A stretch of 64,000 bases of DNA, taken from positions 37,324,001 through 37,388,000 of the forward strand of contig NC_043009.1 of NCBI RefSeq assembly GCF_006345805.1, given 5' to 3'. The DNA comes from Octopus sinensis. Lineage: Eukaryota. Shown piece after piece: positions 28,643 to 42,830 of this stretch; positions within the stretch are counted from its first letter, which is position 1, and the number at the start of each line of letters is the position of its first letter. Below the pieces are notes generated by a model that did not search any database, had not been told where the DNA came from, and saw only the letters and a program-made list of their open reading frames with translations. The position numbers and the translations under genes are program-made.

Positions 28643-29486
28643 CAGGGTGTTTGGGTTAAATTTGGCGATTATTCATGTTTTCAGGAAGAGCTTGGTGTTT
28701 TGGTGAACAGTCAACGGCACTGGGGAGCATAAGATAAAAGTTGGAGTTGAGAAAAAGTTAGCTGACATGGGAGACTGAAATTCATCTGAATATTGGAAAA
28801 AGAGTTGCCTGTATCATGATGATTCGCGGCGGGTAGCAAAATGCCGACATCATGATAGCTGCTCAGTTAGCTGTAAAGGCTGTCAGGCGTGACATGGACT
28901 GCTGCCACGGAGACTACGAAGCTGTGTCCAACTTGAAGGGACGTAGTAGGTGTTCTGATTGCGTCCGTATGCCTATTTCATCCAACAGTTGAAGCCTTAA
29001 GCTCAATTCAGACGGCTTTGTGAAGTTGTTGGTGACAGTGGTCAATCATTAGTTGGAGAGGGGTGGAAGACCATAAGTGAGTATAGCTGAAGGATTCGGC
29101 TCATTGTCGGAGAATTTTTATGACTTCACCAGCCTCATTTGCTGGTCTCGTAATTCTCCCGATTGTATTCCCAAGGATTACTATGTGTGGGATGCTGTTG
29201 AGAAAGTCACCAACCACTCTACCTGCAACACTAAGGCCGAACTGATGGCCAAGATCTAGATGTTCGAAGAATTTCCAGGGACACAGTGAAGAACGCATGG
29301 ACCAGGTTTCGGAGTCATCTTGAGGCCATGATAGGAGTTGAGGATGGCTACTTTGAGTAAACTGATATCTCCCATCCATGACCCAGTTGGTATTTTTTTT
29401 ATTTTTAAAAATACTTTAATTTTTGGATAAGATATTTATTCTCTTTTCTTTTTATGCAAACTGGCAGATTTAGCACGAACCCTCTG
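28643..29486 (+). mobile_element. Tc1/mariner-superfamily transposon remnant
   Basis: TA|CAGGGTG... left end and imperfect reverse complement ...CCCTCTG|TA right end; internal WSRNSPDCIPKDYYVWDAVEKVTN....NTKAELMAKI corresponds to the transposase WPPxSPDLNPLDYxVW motif. Confidence 0.75.
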
Positions 29487-30468
29487 TATAATGTTACATG
29501 CATACTACTACACCGAGCAACCGTTATATGTTAAAATCCGCTGTAAAAATTATTGTTGCGAAATATTTTCTCCTCCTAAGTTGGAAACATTTCTTGGGCG
29601 ACCACAAATTCCACCGAATTTTCATCAGAAAATAATGTGAAAATCAGCTCCAGTTACATTGGAAGTATATCTAACATAATATTAAGCCAAAACTCAAAAT
29701 TATGGCAAACGATAATAAAGTAAATAAATTCAATAATACAAATTTTGATATACAGGTTTAGATTCCGCAAGGGGCAATTGCAGAGAGAAAAACAACCAGC
29801 CTAACAGCAACAAGCTGCATATCTTTTACAAAACACTGCTTCAAAAAAGATCTGCACTAGCACAACAGCTTATTCTGCCATCGTACAAGGAAAATGCCAG
29901 AGCTCTTTCAAAGCACATCTGGTACTCTAAAGGAAAAAGTGACTCACTAATACATTATGGACAATATCAGGTGAGACAAAAACATTTCAGAATTGAAGTG
30001 TTAAGACCCTTTCGCTGCGGAAGATATTCTCCTTTCAGAAACATGCAAGAACGCATTAACCTGTGAACTACGTCATTGGATCATGAGACGCAAGTGTTTC
30101 TGCGTTTTTTTTTCTCTTGTGTTGTCTGTTACGAATACCAAATCTATCCTTCACAGCCCGATAGGAACAATTAGTTCATATATTAAAATTGTATTTGTTG
30201 GTGTGCATAAAAGTTAGTCAAGCTAGAATTTAAATAAATTCTTTACACGAATATATTATATTTAACGATGCTTCATTGATTTGGCGTCCGTTGCTTAGAT
30301 GTGAAAGTACGCAGAAATTTATCTGTCCGACGGACCAATGAGAGCATTTATAGCCCAATATGTTTTCAAATATGCCATCTAGCAAAATAATGTTTCCCGG
30401 AGAATATTTCAGCAGTGAAAGGCCTTCTACTTCCGAATGCATTCGAACGTATTAAATATAACCTATTA

Positions 30469-30469
<1 letters not shown>

Positions 30470-30528
<59 letters not shown>

Positions 30529-30544
30529 AGATTGAGAGAGAGAG

Positions 30545-30616
<72 letters not shown>

Positions 30617-30720
30617 GATAGATAGATAGACAGACAGATAAACAGAGACAGACACAAAGATATAAAACGTTGCCTTTGTGTGTGTGTGTGTCTGTGTCTG
30701 TGTGTGTGTGTGTGTGTAGT
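30470..30720. repeat. (TA)n/(GA)n/(TAGA)n/(TG)n compound microsatellite
   Basis: Directly visible. Confidence 0.95.
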
Positions 30721-30841
30721 TTATCTCGTGTGTAGAAATTGATGTACGACTGCGACTGTTAAGTTCAGAGCTCCGCGTAGATTATCATCGCAGTCTGCTG
30801 ACATATAGTGGTTAAGCAACTATCCATACTTAGTAGTATTA

Positions 30842-31095
30842 CTAGTTATGAAATACATTTTAGAGAGTTACTTCCCTTATATATGTCAAAAATGGATTAA
30901 AAATGGGAAAAATTGATGGTAAATCTTTTTTTAAATCGTAGACTCATCGTAGACGCGCGCTAATACCCAGACGGTCTCGATATGAATCACGACTATAAGA
31001 TACCCGGTTTTGGTTAAACTGCACCGCAAAATGTGGGAGTAGTTAGGAATCTAAATCGTAGGAAACAGACACAACCTCACTTTTATATATAAAGA
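30842..31095 (-). mobile_element. Deleted copy of the 10830 Helitron family
   Basis: Reverse complement matches 10830-11060; ends CTAG|T but lacks the 3' hairpin. Confidence 0.72.
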
Positions 31096-31204
31096 TTTCC
31101 TCTATTACATAATATTGAGGTCTCTTTCTTTTTTTATTCTTACTGTTTTTACCAATATACATATATATATATATATATATTATATATAATATATATATAG
31201 TTAC

Positions 31205-31521
31205 AGAGATGTACTTGCATAGCAAGTGACTTGATCTGAGATCGTGTGCTGGAACGAAAACAGTTGCAGCGTTGAAGGTGTTTATAAGCCATTAAGAAAC
31301 ACACAAAAACCGTTAGATTCACTTCAACATTTAAATTTAATTTGCCAAAATATTTTCGTCGCTTTGAGACCGCGACCTGTTAGCACGATATTTTTGTCAG
31401 TGAACATGTCGCGGTCTCAAAGCGAGGAAAATATTTTGGCAAATTAAATTTAAATGTTGAAGTGAATCTAACGGTTTTTGTGTGTTTCTTAAATGGCTTA
31501 CAAACACCTTTCACGCTGCAA
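31205..31521 (-). mobile_element. Fold-back insertion, same family as 46825
   Basis: Same left terminus (gagatgtacttgcatagcaag...); inverted arms about 31262-31385 and 31393-31521; flanked by (TA)n. Confidence 0.72.
31393..31443 (+). ncRNA. G3-C8 hammerhead-like motif, mutated copy
   Basis: Same architecture; C11.1 changed to G, stem I keeps pairing through a G-U wobble, and the extra nt after the core is U instead of G. Confidence 0.45.
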
Positions 31522-31905
31522 TATATATATACACACATATATATATATGTATATATGTATGTATGTGTGTATATGTGTATGCATGTATGTGTGTGTGTGT
31601 GCGTGTCTGTGCTTGTGATTGTCCTCCACCACTGCTTGACAACACCACTGCTTGACAACGAATGTTGGTTTGTTTACATCCCTGTCACCTAGTGGTTTGA
31701 CAAAGGAAACAGATAGAATAAGTACAATGCTTACAAAAATAAAACTGGAGTTGATTCATTAAACTACAATTCTTCAAGGCATTGCCCCAGCATGGCCACA
31801 GACCAATGGCTGGAAAAAGCAGAAGAATAAAAGAATACATTCTCTGCTTTGGTCTTATGTTCAAGGCATGAGAAAGCTTGAGTTTACATGAGAAGGCCTA
31901 ACAGA

Positions 31906-32170
31906 CTGGTAGAAACAGCAGCCAAATCTCCCTCAAATCACCTTACTGTCTTATGTATGTATATATATATGAGCCAATGAGGGGGACCTCTACATGGTAG
32001 CTAGACCTGGTAGAAATAGCAGCCAAATTTCCCCCAAATCACACCTTACTGTCTTATCTATGTATATATGTATGTATGAGCCTATGAGGGAGACCCCTAC
32101 ATGGCAGCTAGACATGGTAGAAATAGCAGCCAAATCTCCCTCAAATCACACCTTACTGTCTTATGTATGT
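31906..32170 (+). repeat. About 100-bp tandem repeat, 2.6 copies
   Basis: Unit TGGTAGAAATAGCAGCCAAATCTCCCTCAAATCAC... starts at about 31906, 32007 and 32114. Confidence 0.85.
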
Positions 32171-32374
32171 ATATATATATATATACAAGCCACTACGGTT
32201 ATTTAATGTAAAGTCTTCCTCAAATCACTCTCGCTATTTACTCTCTTCCAAGAACATTTTCACTCACTCTTATCTCATAGCTTGCCATACATTTTACTCA
32301 TGTATCTATCAGCGTGATAGACAGAAACAAATATTACATCGCCATCCCCATCGCCATCGCATTCTTTTGTCTAC

Positions 32375-32497
32375 CTGTCAACACACTCACAGTGAATTAG
32401 TTTCATTTTATTCGTTGCACACTGTGTGTGTGAGTTTGCGTGTGCTGTAAACCAGACTAAGAAAAGCATTTGACATACACACCAGAATGTGAGTTTT
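32375..32497 (-). CDS. Candidate signal-peptide exon of the ion channel
   Basis: Acceptor aatttacAG, donor CAG|GTAGAC; 123 bp, phase 2/2; KLTFWCVCQMLFLVWFTAHANSHTQCATNKMKLIHCECVD(R). The hydrophobic stretch is signal-like and AG+A gives Arg in frame with the next exon. No homology support. Confidence 0.5.
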
Positions 32498-32683
32498 CTG
32501 TAAATTTTGCTTAATTGGAGTTTAAATTTTAAAAACTGGACCTGGCATGACCCGATGCATTCTACTCTTAAAAATGTTAGGTAAATTGTAATTGAAGAAA
32601 TCCTATATTGTAGATTTCTATAAGTGACAAAGGGAGGCAGATAAAATCTGCCTTTTATAATAAGAGATATATATATATATACT

Positions 32684-33040
32684 CTTTTACTTGTTTCAGT
32701 CATTTGACAGCGGCCATGCTAGAGCACCGCCTTTAGTCGAGCAAATCGACCCCGGGACTTATTCTTTACAAGCCTAGTACTTATTCTATCGGTCTCATTT
32801 GCTGAACCGCTAAGTTACAGGGACGTAAACACACCAGCATCGGTTGTCAAGCGATGTTGGGGGGACAAACACATACATATATACGACGGGCTTCTTTCAG
32901 TTTCCATCTACTAAATCCACTCACAAGGCTTTGGTTGGCCCGAGGCTATAGTAGAAGATACTTGCCCAAGGTGCCACGCAGTGGTACTGAACCCGAAACT
33001 ATGTGGTTGGTAAGCAAGCTACTTACCACACAGCCACTCC
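32684..33040 (-). mobile_element. SINE family C copy
   Basis: Reverse complement collinear with 10153-10580; internal repeat short. Confidence 0.82.
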
Positions 33041-33697
33041 TGCGCATACGTACACACACACAAACACACACGCGTACACGCGCGCATGCACACACACATG
33101 CACGCACGCACACAAACATGTACGCACACACAATTAATTTGCTAGTTAGTTAGGAAGTCAATTTGTTAGTTAATTAGTTTGTGTGGCCCATTAAACAAAC
33201 GGAAACGAATATTTTATAGCGCCAATGGCAGACTGTCTACAAGATAACTAAACCAGCTAAACTTCCTTCGAATCTCCCTCTCGCCATCTTAATCAAGAGA
33301 AGGACACATCAGATAACGTGATTCTAGACATTGTCAAGCGATCGACAATTAAATTGGAGTAGCTTTGATAACAGGCCTGCTCTGATGAAGTTGGTCAGGC
33401 GCCAAGCAATTACACTCATACTTTATCATACATATCGGTTTAACAGTAGATAGTATAATCGCTGCAACATCAGACACAATGACTCTTTATTCAGGTTATG
33501 AGTTCAATTTTCCTTTGATCACTGCAAGCGTCGATAGAAAGAGCACCAGTGATATACTTAATAATAGATTTCCGACGGTTAAATCAGTCCTCCGTTTCCT
33601 AATGCGAATTCTGGCATTAGAAGCTAAACGTAGAATTCAGTATATGAATGAGAGTCTGAGCATGTCTATGTCTACTGTCATTCTGTATATATATATG

Positions 33698-33922
33698 GTG
33701 AGCTGGCAGAAACGTTAGCACGCCGGGCGAAATACGTAGCCGTATTTCGTCCGCCGTTACGTTCTGAGTTCAAATTCCGCCGAGGTCGACTTTGCCTTTC
33801 ATCCTTTCGGGGTCGATAAATAAAGTACCAGTTACGCACTGGGGTCGATGTAATCGACTTAATCCCTTTGTCTGTCCTTGTTTGTCCCCTCTGTGTTTAG
33901 CCCCTGTGGGTAATAAAGAAAT
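33698..33922 (+). mobile_element. SINE family D monomer
   Basis: GGTGAGCTGGCAGAAACGTTAGC...GAGTTCAAATTCC (B-box-like)...GTGGGTAATAAAGAAATA. Further copies or fragments at about 8560-8760+, 9860-10110-, 22265-22455-, 24335-24560+, 25990-26210-, 36060-36272-, 41640-41740-, 43820-43970+, 44105-44300-, 45590-45790+, 45945-46085+. Confidence 0.8.
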
Positions 33923-33988
33923 ATATATATATATATCGTATTTCATGGTGTTAATGTTGGTGACGTCCTGTACCCATATATTTGCATA

Positions 33989-34052
<64 letters not shown>

Positions 34053-34364
34053 ATACATACATACATACATACACACACACACACGCATATATATGTATAT
34101 TATATTATATTATATTATATTATTATTTAATTGAACGCCACGCATCTATTTCCATTGTAAGTTTATACATACATACATACATGTGTGTGTGTGTGTATTA
34201 CCACTATTGCTGTTTAGAATAAAACCTACGCAAATTTAATAAACAAAACATTCAAAAGAGATATTTTCATGAATTGAACAGTGACCGCTACTATCAACAG
34301 CGGGTCATTTTCGGGGCAGTGCAGCTGACCATTCAACATACTACTGTCATGGTACTCCCACATT

Positions 34365-34460
34365 CCTCTTCTTCTTCTCTTCTTCTTCTTCTTCTTCTTC
34401 TTCTTCTTCTTCTTCTTCTTCTTCTTCTTCTTCTTCTTCTTCTTCTTCTTCTTCTTTTTC
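34365..34460. repeat. (CTT)n microsatellite
   Basis: Directly visible. Confidence 0.95.
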
Positions 34461-34885
34461 GCTACCAAGAATTCACAACGACCTCGAACCCACAAGAGTA
34501 AACAAGAGAGACAGAGACAGGCAGAAACAAGGAAAATGCCACTTGTATTTGAACACTATACAAATATTCTTTTAAAAAAAACTTTCTTTAATTTTTCTAA
34601 ATTTAATTGTTTTCCATACTTAAAGTTGAAAAAGTTTCAATGACTGAAACCGGTACTGAAATGTTTTTTATAAAATTATTTTAGCATTTTCTATCTTGAC
34701 TTTTTTTTTCTCCATATATATATGTATATAAAATAGCGACAGAAGCAGTATTAATATCAAAAGGTAATATTCATCCTCACTAAAAGTGGATGTTGCACTA
34801 ACCCTAACCTTCAGAATACAGCGATAACTACTACGAGAGAACATCATATATGTATATGTATATATGTTTTATGTATGTATTATTA

Positions 34886-34934
<49 letters not shown>

Positions 34935-34940
<6 letters not shown>

Positions 34941-35194
34941 TTTATCTTTTCACAGGTTTTGTTGGAGCTCTTGGAGTCTTGCATGCGCAGCGAGTTTACT
35001 TCCTACAGCCTACGGTACCATGCTATTCGTTCTTTTCGGTTATCTAATACTTTCCTGGTTATCGTGGCCGTACCAAGGAGGCAACCCTTTTGTAACAGTT
35101 CTACTGGACACTTTATTCCAATTTCCTTTATATTCCTCTTGATGCCTTCTGATACTATTCCCAAGGACCCAACAATAATGTGCACTGTCTTCAC
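34935..35194 (-). mobile_element. 3' end of an R4/Dong-like LINE with (TAA)n tail
   Basis: IIVGSLGIV...KRNIKEIGI...ELLQKGCLLGTATITRKVL is the typical RLE-LINE C-terminus, followed by a short 3' UTR and a TAA repeat (34880-34940). Confidence 0.75.
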
Positions 35195-35670
<476 letters not shown>

Positions 35671-36429
35671 CCATACTGAAAATAAGAATCCAGCACGGCG
35701 ACACTGTTGTGTGTCTGCGTAGTAGAGTGAGATGTTTTCCAGTGTGTGTAAGACGTGGAAACTTATTGAAAATGGAGTAGCCTACCAGAGCAAACCAGCG
35801 AGGCATCTTAAGCGGGAGGAACTATGATGATGCGGAACGAAAAACAAAGAGGGTGATATAGTAGTGGAAAGAAAATAACAAAGAAAATGAAAAGGAAAAT
35901 AAGGATGGAAAGAAAGAAATTAATGTAAAACAAACAAAGATCGGACAGACACAGTATTTTGATGTCTAGCGTTTGTTATTTTTGAATATTGATTGAAAGA
36001 ATAGAAAGAGTGAAATGAGGACAGTAAAAATAACAGCAACAGCACCAACAATAATAATCTTTCTACTCTAGGCACAAGGCTCAAAATTTGGGGGGAGGGG
36101 ACCAGTCGATTACATCGACTCCAGTACGCAACTGGTACTTAATTTATCGATCCCGAAAGGATGAAAGGTAAAGTCGACCTCAGCGGAATTTGAACTCAGA
36201 ACGTAGCGGCAGACGAAATACCTCTAAGCATTTCGCCTGGCGTGATAACGTTTCTGCCAGCTCGCCGCCTTCACAACAACAACAATAATAATAATGATAA
36301 AGACCGGGTCTGAGATCACCAAGAAAAAATATTATACCTATACCTGACCAGTTTTGCTTATTATATTTTCTTTACCTGCAAGATTGTCACTTCGTCTTCT
36401 TCCAATCCTGCCAAGACAACCGCCAATAA

Positions 36430-37110
36430 TCAGGTGATGGATATTTCTGGTGGCACGTTCAACACTCTAATCTTAGCAAGGCGTTGGTCGCGATAGCTGG
36501 GAATTAATAAGTTTTCATTCCTCAAAGTGGTCGTGGAATGACACCTAACTTCTTCATCCGTCCCAAATTTCATCCCAATAGTTCCAAACTTATTTCCTCG
36601 GGTGACGTGGGTCTTTTGTTCCCACACGCGCGCAGGGCATTTTTGTATTTCGCTCTCAGGAGCATTTTTCACCTGTCGTGAGTTAACTCCGATGCAGAAG
36701 TATGTGACCATGCATCTCAAAATATTCTCTATCACGTTGGACGGAGGTTTTAGGGCTACCCTTCTCTCATTCCTTTTAACAATTTTCTTTGCCATTTAAA
36801 AATTTTCTTCATCTATGCAGAAATCCTCCAAATTTCTCGCAGCAATCGCAAAAGAAATCGTTGCGGAGACGGTTTTGGCGGCGGTAGCAGTGGTGACATT
36901 CATATTTATAAGTTTTACGTCTTTAGTATCGTTGTTGTTGTCACTGCAGCTGCTGTTGTCGTTTTCTTCAGCGAAAGTTTTGATGTTGCTTAGAGACGAA
37001 ACAGTATTCGCCTCTTGACGTCATTAAATGTAGGCCATTCAATATCTTTGTATTCATTCTTCTCCCACTAGGAACACGCGCCGTTGTTGAACATTAGGAT
37101 GACTTCTTTA
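36430..37110 (-). mobile_element. Possible LINE ORF1/gag-like 5' fragment
   Basis: ORF ending ...RLAKIRVLNVPPEIS resembles RRM-type ORF1 motifs, with a low-complexity N-terminal region; not confidently assigned. Confidence 0.3.
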
Positions 37111-37165
37111 TCAGCCGTCTTTAAATAATTAAAGAAAATTGTAAAATACTTGCTTTTGCCGAAAG

Positions 37166-37424
37166 TAATGGGTTGGTGCATAATTATTACGGCTTTTTTC
37201 TTTTAAACAAATTTTATTCAACAAAAACAACAACAACATGTAACAAAAACATCTTTAAATGATTATTCCGGAGTATATTTACCATCTACTGCAATTACTG
37301 CTTTCCATTTGCTTGGCAGATGGTCAGACCGTCATTTAAAGATGTTTTGTTAAATATTGTTATTGTTTTATGTTGAATAAAATTTGTTGAAACAAAGCCG
37401 CAATAATTATGCACCACCCCAATA
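37166..37424. mobile_element. Mariner-derived fold-back MITE
   Basis: TIRs TGGGTTGGTGCATAATTATTACGGCTTT / AAAGCCGCAATAATTATGCACCACCCCA with TA ends and long sub-terminal inverted arms; the centre encodes LPSKWKAVIAVDGKY on the minus strand (mariner transposase C-terminus). Confidence 0.75.
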
Positions 37425-37620
37425 GTTAAAATTCAAAAATGATTGGTGCGTGCCTCCTGCAAAGCCGGGGGTGTTTCTACACAAAAATGCTATCGGCGCA
37501 ATCCAGGCAATCTGAGAAATGCAATGGTAACAATAAAAATGAAGATACGGGGCCTTAAAAGGCGGAAAAGATTATAAACACTATTTCAACTTACATAACT
37601 TCAAATTTCTGTGACTTTAC

Positions 37621-37656
<36 letters not shown>

Positions 37657-39453
37657 TATAATTATAATAGTAATTTCAAATTTTAGGCAGAGGGTTAGAA
37701 ATTTCGGGGATTGAATAATAATGTCTAAAAACGCTAATTATAGAAGGATGAGTAAATGGATAAAGGGGTCAATATGCATTAGATCAACTCGGTAAACTAT
37801 AAGGTTAACAAAGTTGGTGTCCAGAGATGATGTGTATGTGCATACATACATACACACATACCCACACAGATACACATGGATATATATATATATATATATA
37901 TACCCACACACATACAAACACATACATAAATACATACATATACTCATGCATACATACATACATACATACATACATACATACATACATACATACATACATA
38001 CATACATACATACATACATACATGCATACATGATCCTTTTAACTAATAAGTCTCCTCAGAATGAAAACCGAGATAATAATTGTCCAAATGAATACATCTA
38101 GTCTTGAGAAAAACAATGTCATTTGCTGCAAAACCTTTCAATAGCATTCATATCACTAGATTCAAAATGGACGAGCAGGTGTACACGTGTACACATGTGG
38201 TAACTAGAATACTTTGGTTTAGTTCGGTACGTATTGACAAAGCAGCGGAGGAATAAATCACATGTTTTGATATATGAATTTATAAAATTCTTTTTACTTG
38301 GTTATATACCCTGCATCGCGACTCTAGTAGAATTCCGACTTTGAAAATGTGTTAGCTATATTTTGCAGAATATTATAAAGTTGAAAAGTAATGAAAATTT
38401 ACTTTCATAAAATTGAGGCGGAATGCCGAACTAAACTTAATCGTAGGCCGATTCCATCCCACGTGTCATATGTTTGACATGGTCGGTTGATAGTAATGCA
38501 ATGTTTGAAGTTTGTTAGATTGCTTGTGTGTTGTAGTTTGGGTAAACTCTAATTGTTCGAAATATCTATTGTTACTGATGTAATTTGAAAACGTACAAAA
38601 TGCCATATAAACTGAGGAGAGGCTATGTGTATAAATACATATTATCAGATAATGACTACAGTCTGTATCGATACAAATTATCAGATGTCTTGTTTGGTGT
38701 AATACAAACACTTGTTTGGTGTAAATACAAACAGCTAGCCTGGTCTTATTGAAGCAGTGTATGTAGCTGCAAAAGTCTGCTCGCTTTAGATGATATAGTA
38801 TATGTAAATACAAATTCAAAGCTATCATCTAGTTAAGGGGATCTGTTTTCTTGTTACCTATTCAAAGTAATCCTACTTATATTTTAAGTGCCGTAATGTA
38901 ATATGGCTATTAGGCAATAAACGTCTCTACCAGAGAATAACGTCTAAACTTTATTGTACATGAAGTTTTATTGCAATTTTAAAAGGGAATGTATTATATT
39001 CCTGTGAATGCAATTAACATGGCTTTTAGCTCATACAAATTTTGAGTGTGCTTTCGTATTCATTGAATGAAGTACTTTCACTTTAGTGCTGTGGAGTATT
39101 TAGTATTAACACTTTATATTGTGAGTTGAAATCCTAATTGAGCCAACACTGCGTTTCATCCTGTGACGAGAGAAGTGCAATAATATAACTGTCAATCGTA
39201 TAGCATAGTTGATTAAATTGATTATATCTCTTCTCTTCAATTTGTTGTCTTGAATTAAATAAAATATCCTTATGCGTATACACTTCAAATGCTAAATCTT
39301 TATATTTATCACTACCTAAATATTATACAAGTTTGATTACTTTTGGTGTGTACAATAAATTGAACTCAATGATTCACTCGTTATTCTGCATTATGTTACT
39401 TTCTACAATAATTGCTCCATCTAATTTCATATATGTTGTATATGTATTCAAAA

Positions 39454-39702
39454 GTGGAGGCGCGTGGCTTAGTGGTTAGGTTGTCAGCATCCTGATTGTA
39501 AGATTGTGGTTTCGATTCCTGGACCGGATGTCGCGTTGTGTTCTTGAGCAAAACACTTCATTTCACGTTGCTCCAGTCCACTCAGCTGGCAAAAATGAGT
39601 AACGCTGCGATGGACTGGCGTCCCGTCCAGCTGAGAAACACATACGCCATAGAAACCGGGAAACCGGGCCCATGAGCCTGGCTAGGCTTTAAAAGGGCGC
39701 AA
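39454..39702 (+). mobile_element. SINE family E copy
   Basis: GGAGGCGCGTGGCTTAGTGGTTAGG A box, GGTTTCGATTCC B box, shared central block. Confidence 0.78.
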
Positions 39703-40279
39703 ACATGTATTCAAATCTATCAAAATATATATGCATATTTACACATAGGCGTACGTTATTACACACAGGTTACACACATCTAAAGATTTTCAAGGAATAG
39801 TAATTTTAGTTTATGCTAAATCTGTGCACTTACAACATGTTTAATACATCCCGTGCAAAAAGCTACAAATATACATAATAATCATTATTATTATTTCCAT
39901 TCACATCATAAGGATGCGCCATCACACCAGACATGAAGATGCCCCATCATACCTCTGTGTTCTTGGATTTTTATCTATAATTTCAAATTATTTCTGTTTT
40001 GTCCTCCCAAATCACAACGTGTACCATCGATAGTTAATTGAAGTTACGTTTGGAGCATGAAACAACAAGTCACTGCATTGAGTTTATCATTTTCCTGTGT
40101 ATTCTTATCACTGTTTTAAAAAAAAAATAGTCCAAGCTCAGGCTACAACAATGATAAAGAAATCACTCATAAATGTTAGCGAATCATCAGAATTTATGAA
40201 TATTAAGACATTAGTTAAGTATTATCAGATAAAGAAGACAATAGAATGAACTTTCAAATACAACAACAACAACAACAAC

Positions 40280-40307
<28 letters not shown>

Positions 40308-40310
<3 letters not shown>

Positions 40311-40412
40311 TGCCTGGTGTACCCTTATCAGACGGGTAGTCATGATGGGTATATTGGGCTTCGTATATTTTACCCCAGTGTCACTTTGATGGCATGCACT
40401 GCTCTCTCACTC
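40308..40412 (+). mobile_element. 5'-truncated copy of the 9222-9741 element
   Basis: Near-identical to 9637-9741; same 3' end; embedded in AAC/AAT repeats. Confidence 0.6.
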
Positions 40413-40419
40413 AATAATG

Positions 40420-40450
<31 letters not shown>

Positions 40451-40686
40451 CAACAACAATAATAATAATAAACAGAGCGACTCCAAATCGGGTCAAATGG
40501 TTTAGAAAATATATCTTATAAAGTGGAACGAATTCAACAGCTTCAAATGCTTAAGTGTTACTCACAAAAAAAGTATATATACGTGTAATGTATCTATAAT
40601 TTTATGAGCAGTACTAATATTTTGAACGTTGTAACATTGGGTGTTAAAGCATAATGAACATTATAAGAATTCATTTTAACTTAAAC

Positions 40687-40734
<48 letters not shown>

Positions 40735-40987
40735 CACACACGCGCGCGCGCGCGCACCAAAAAAGGAAAAAAGAAGACACCTTATCAGTGTGAGAAGTTA
40801 TCTCTTTCGATGCTCTTATTTGTAAATATCTAGTAAATGCACATACGCGCGTCATCCTCTCTCTCTCTCTCACACACACACACGCACACACACGCGCACA
40901 CACAGACACACACACACACACACATACACACATACACACACACAAACATTCATTCAACATGTTATTTATTTTTATTCCGCGCTATAC

Positions 40988-41147
40988 AGGAGTGGCTGTG
41001 TGGTAAGTAGCTTGCTTACCAAACACATGGTTCCGGGTTCAGCCCCACTGCGTGGCACTTTGGGCAAGTGTCTTCTACTATAGCCTCGGACCGACCAAAG
41101 CCTTGTGAGTGGATTTGGTAGACGGAAACTGAAAGAATCCCGTCGTA

Positions 41148-41194
<47 letters not shown>

Positions 41195-41410
41195 ATGTGT
41201 GTGTGTGTTTGTGTGTCTGTCTTTGTCCCCCTAGCATTGCTTGACAACCGATGCCGGTGTGTTTATGTCCCCGTTACTTAGCGGTTCGGCAAAAGAGACC
41301 GATAGAACAAGTACTGGGCTTACAAAAGAATAAGTCCCGGGGTCGAGTTGCTCGATTAAAGGCGGTGCTCCAGCATGGCCGCAGTCAAATGACTGAAACA
41401 AGTAAAAGAG
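40988..41410 (+). mobile_element. SINE family C copy
   Basis: Collinear similarity to 10153-10580. Confidence 0.82.
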
Positions 41411-42420
41411 TGTACGGCGCGCCTGTTTGAAGTTAGACGGTTCCAGTAGTATATCAGTTTTTTCTATGAGAAAGTTTGCTGGCCTCTTGTTCAACCCTTT
41501 TTCATTTCTGGTGAAACGAACCCAATGGAGTGGTTCCGCTGTGATGCTTCTCATAAAGAATTTAATTTAGAAAGAAAAACAGACAAAAGCCGAGAGAGGA
41601 AACACCTCCACTATTTCTCTAGTGTTTATATATATATTTATTTATTTTGATTCCGAGAGGATGGAAAACAAATATGACCTCGGAAGGATTTGAACTCAGA
41701 ACGCAGACAGTTGGAACGAATACTGCAAGATCTTCTTATCCGACAACAATTCTGTCTGTCAGCATGTTCAGATGGCCAGAATTTTACACACGTAGTTATT
41801 GATTTCTTTCAACTAATCAGTATTCCAGTTTTTACATTGAATTTCAGATCAGAAGGATGAGTTGATAAACGTTCATTAAATATGCAATATTTCTACATAT
41901 TACAGTGCTGAAGTTGTTTCATTTTCCCTGAGAACCTATTTATAGCTATGTGGAGTGGATTTAACAGGAATCTGGTTTATTGTCACTGCTAACTAATAGT
42001 GTTCTAATTCTTATTAGATTTTTCTGCAAGCCAGAGATATGTGGTTCGATTCCCATACATGGATTTGTTACTTTATTGATAGTAAAAGGGAGGAAATCAT
42101 TCATTGTTAAACTAAACTCCTTGTATTTAATAAGGTTCTTTTGTGTTCAATGTTGACTGGCGTTTAATTTAACTTTCACCTTTCACGAATCGACTATAAT
42201 GTACCCAGCATCAACACAGCTTATAGTATCGTATTGTAGTTTTTCCTTAGGAATATTTGGTATTGTACCATAAGTTCGAATTCTACTGATACTGCATGTA
42301 GTGCAAGCTATCAATCCTCCAGCTATCGAATGTGTCACCCTCTCGATGAAACCAGTCACTTACACTTAATTGAAGCCACACAAGCACACATACACATATG
42401 TGTGTATGTATCTCGTATAA

Positions 42421-42467
<47 letters not shown>

Positions 42468-42714
42468 TACGGAGATGTGCTTGCATAGCAAGTGACTTGA
42501 TCTGAGATCGTGTGCTGGAACGAAAACAATTGCTGCGTGGAAGGTGTTTATAAGCCATTTAAGAAACACACAAAACCGTTAGATTCACTTCAACATTTAA
42601 ATTTAATTTGTCAAAAATTTTCGTCACTTTGAGACAGCAACCTGTTCACTGACAAAGCTTCGTGCAGCGATTTTGTGTGTTTCTTAAATGGCTTATAAAC
42701 ACCTTCTACGCTGC

Positions 42715-42716
<2 letters not shown>
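42468..42716 (-). mobile_element. Fold-back insertion, same family as 46825, shorter inverted arm
   Basis: Same left terminus; inverted copy of the ttttgtgtgtttcttaaatggc...gctgcaat segment at about 42671-42716; within (TA)n. Confidence 0.72.
42607..42656 (-). ncRNA. G3-C8 hammerhead-like motif, mutated copy
   Basis: UUUGUCA GUGAACA G GUUGC..GUGAC GAA AAUUUU UGACAAA; CpG-type decay in stem II and one nt lost in stem III. Confidence 0.45.
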
Positions 42717-42792
<76 letters not shown>

Positions 42793-42830
42793 AATATATT
42801 TGTGTATGTGTGCAATACATACATATATAT

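Noticed and set aside
33382-33415. CTGATGAAG-TTGG...CCAA hammerhead-like start
   Set aside because: GAAA is replaced by GCAA and no stem I or III can be formed.
38466-38828. 120-aa minus-strand ORF as a possible first exon
   Set aside because: No signal-peptide pattern, no phase-2 donor and no homology.
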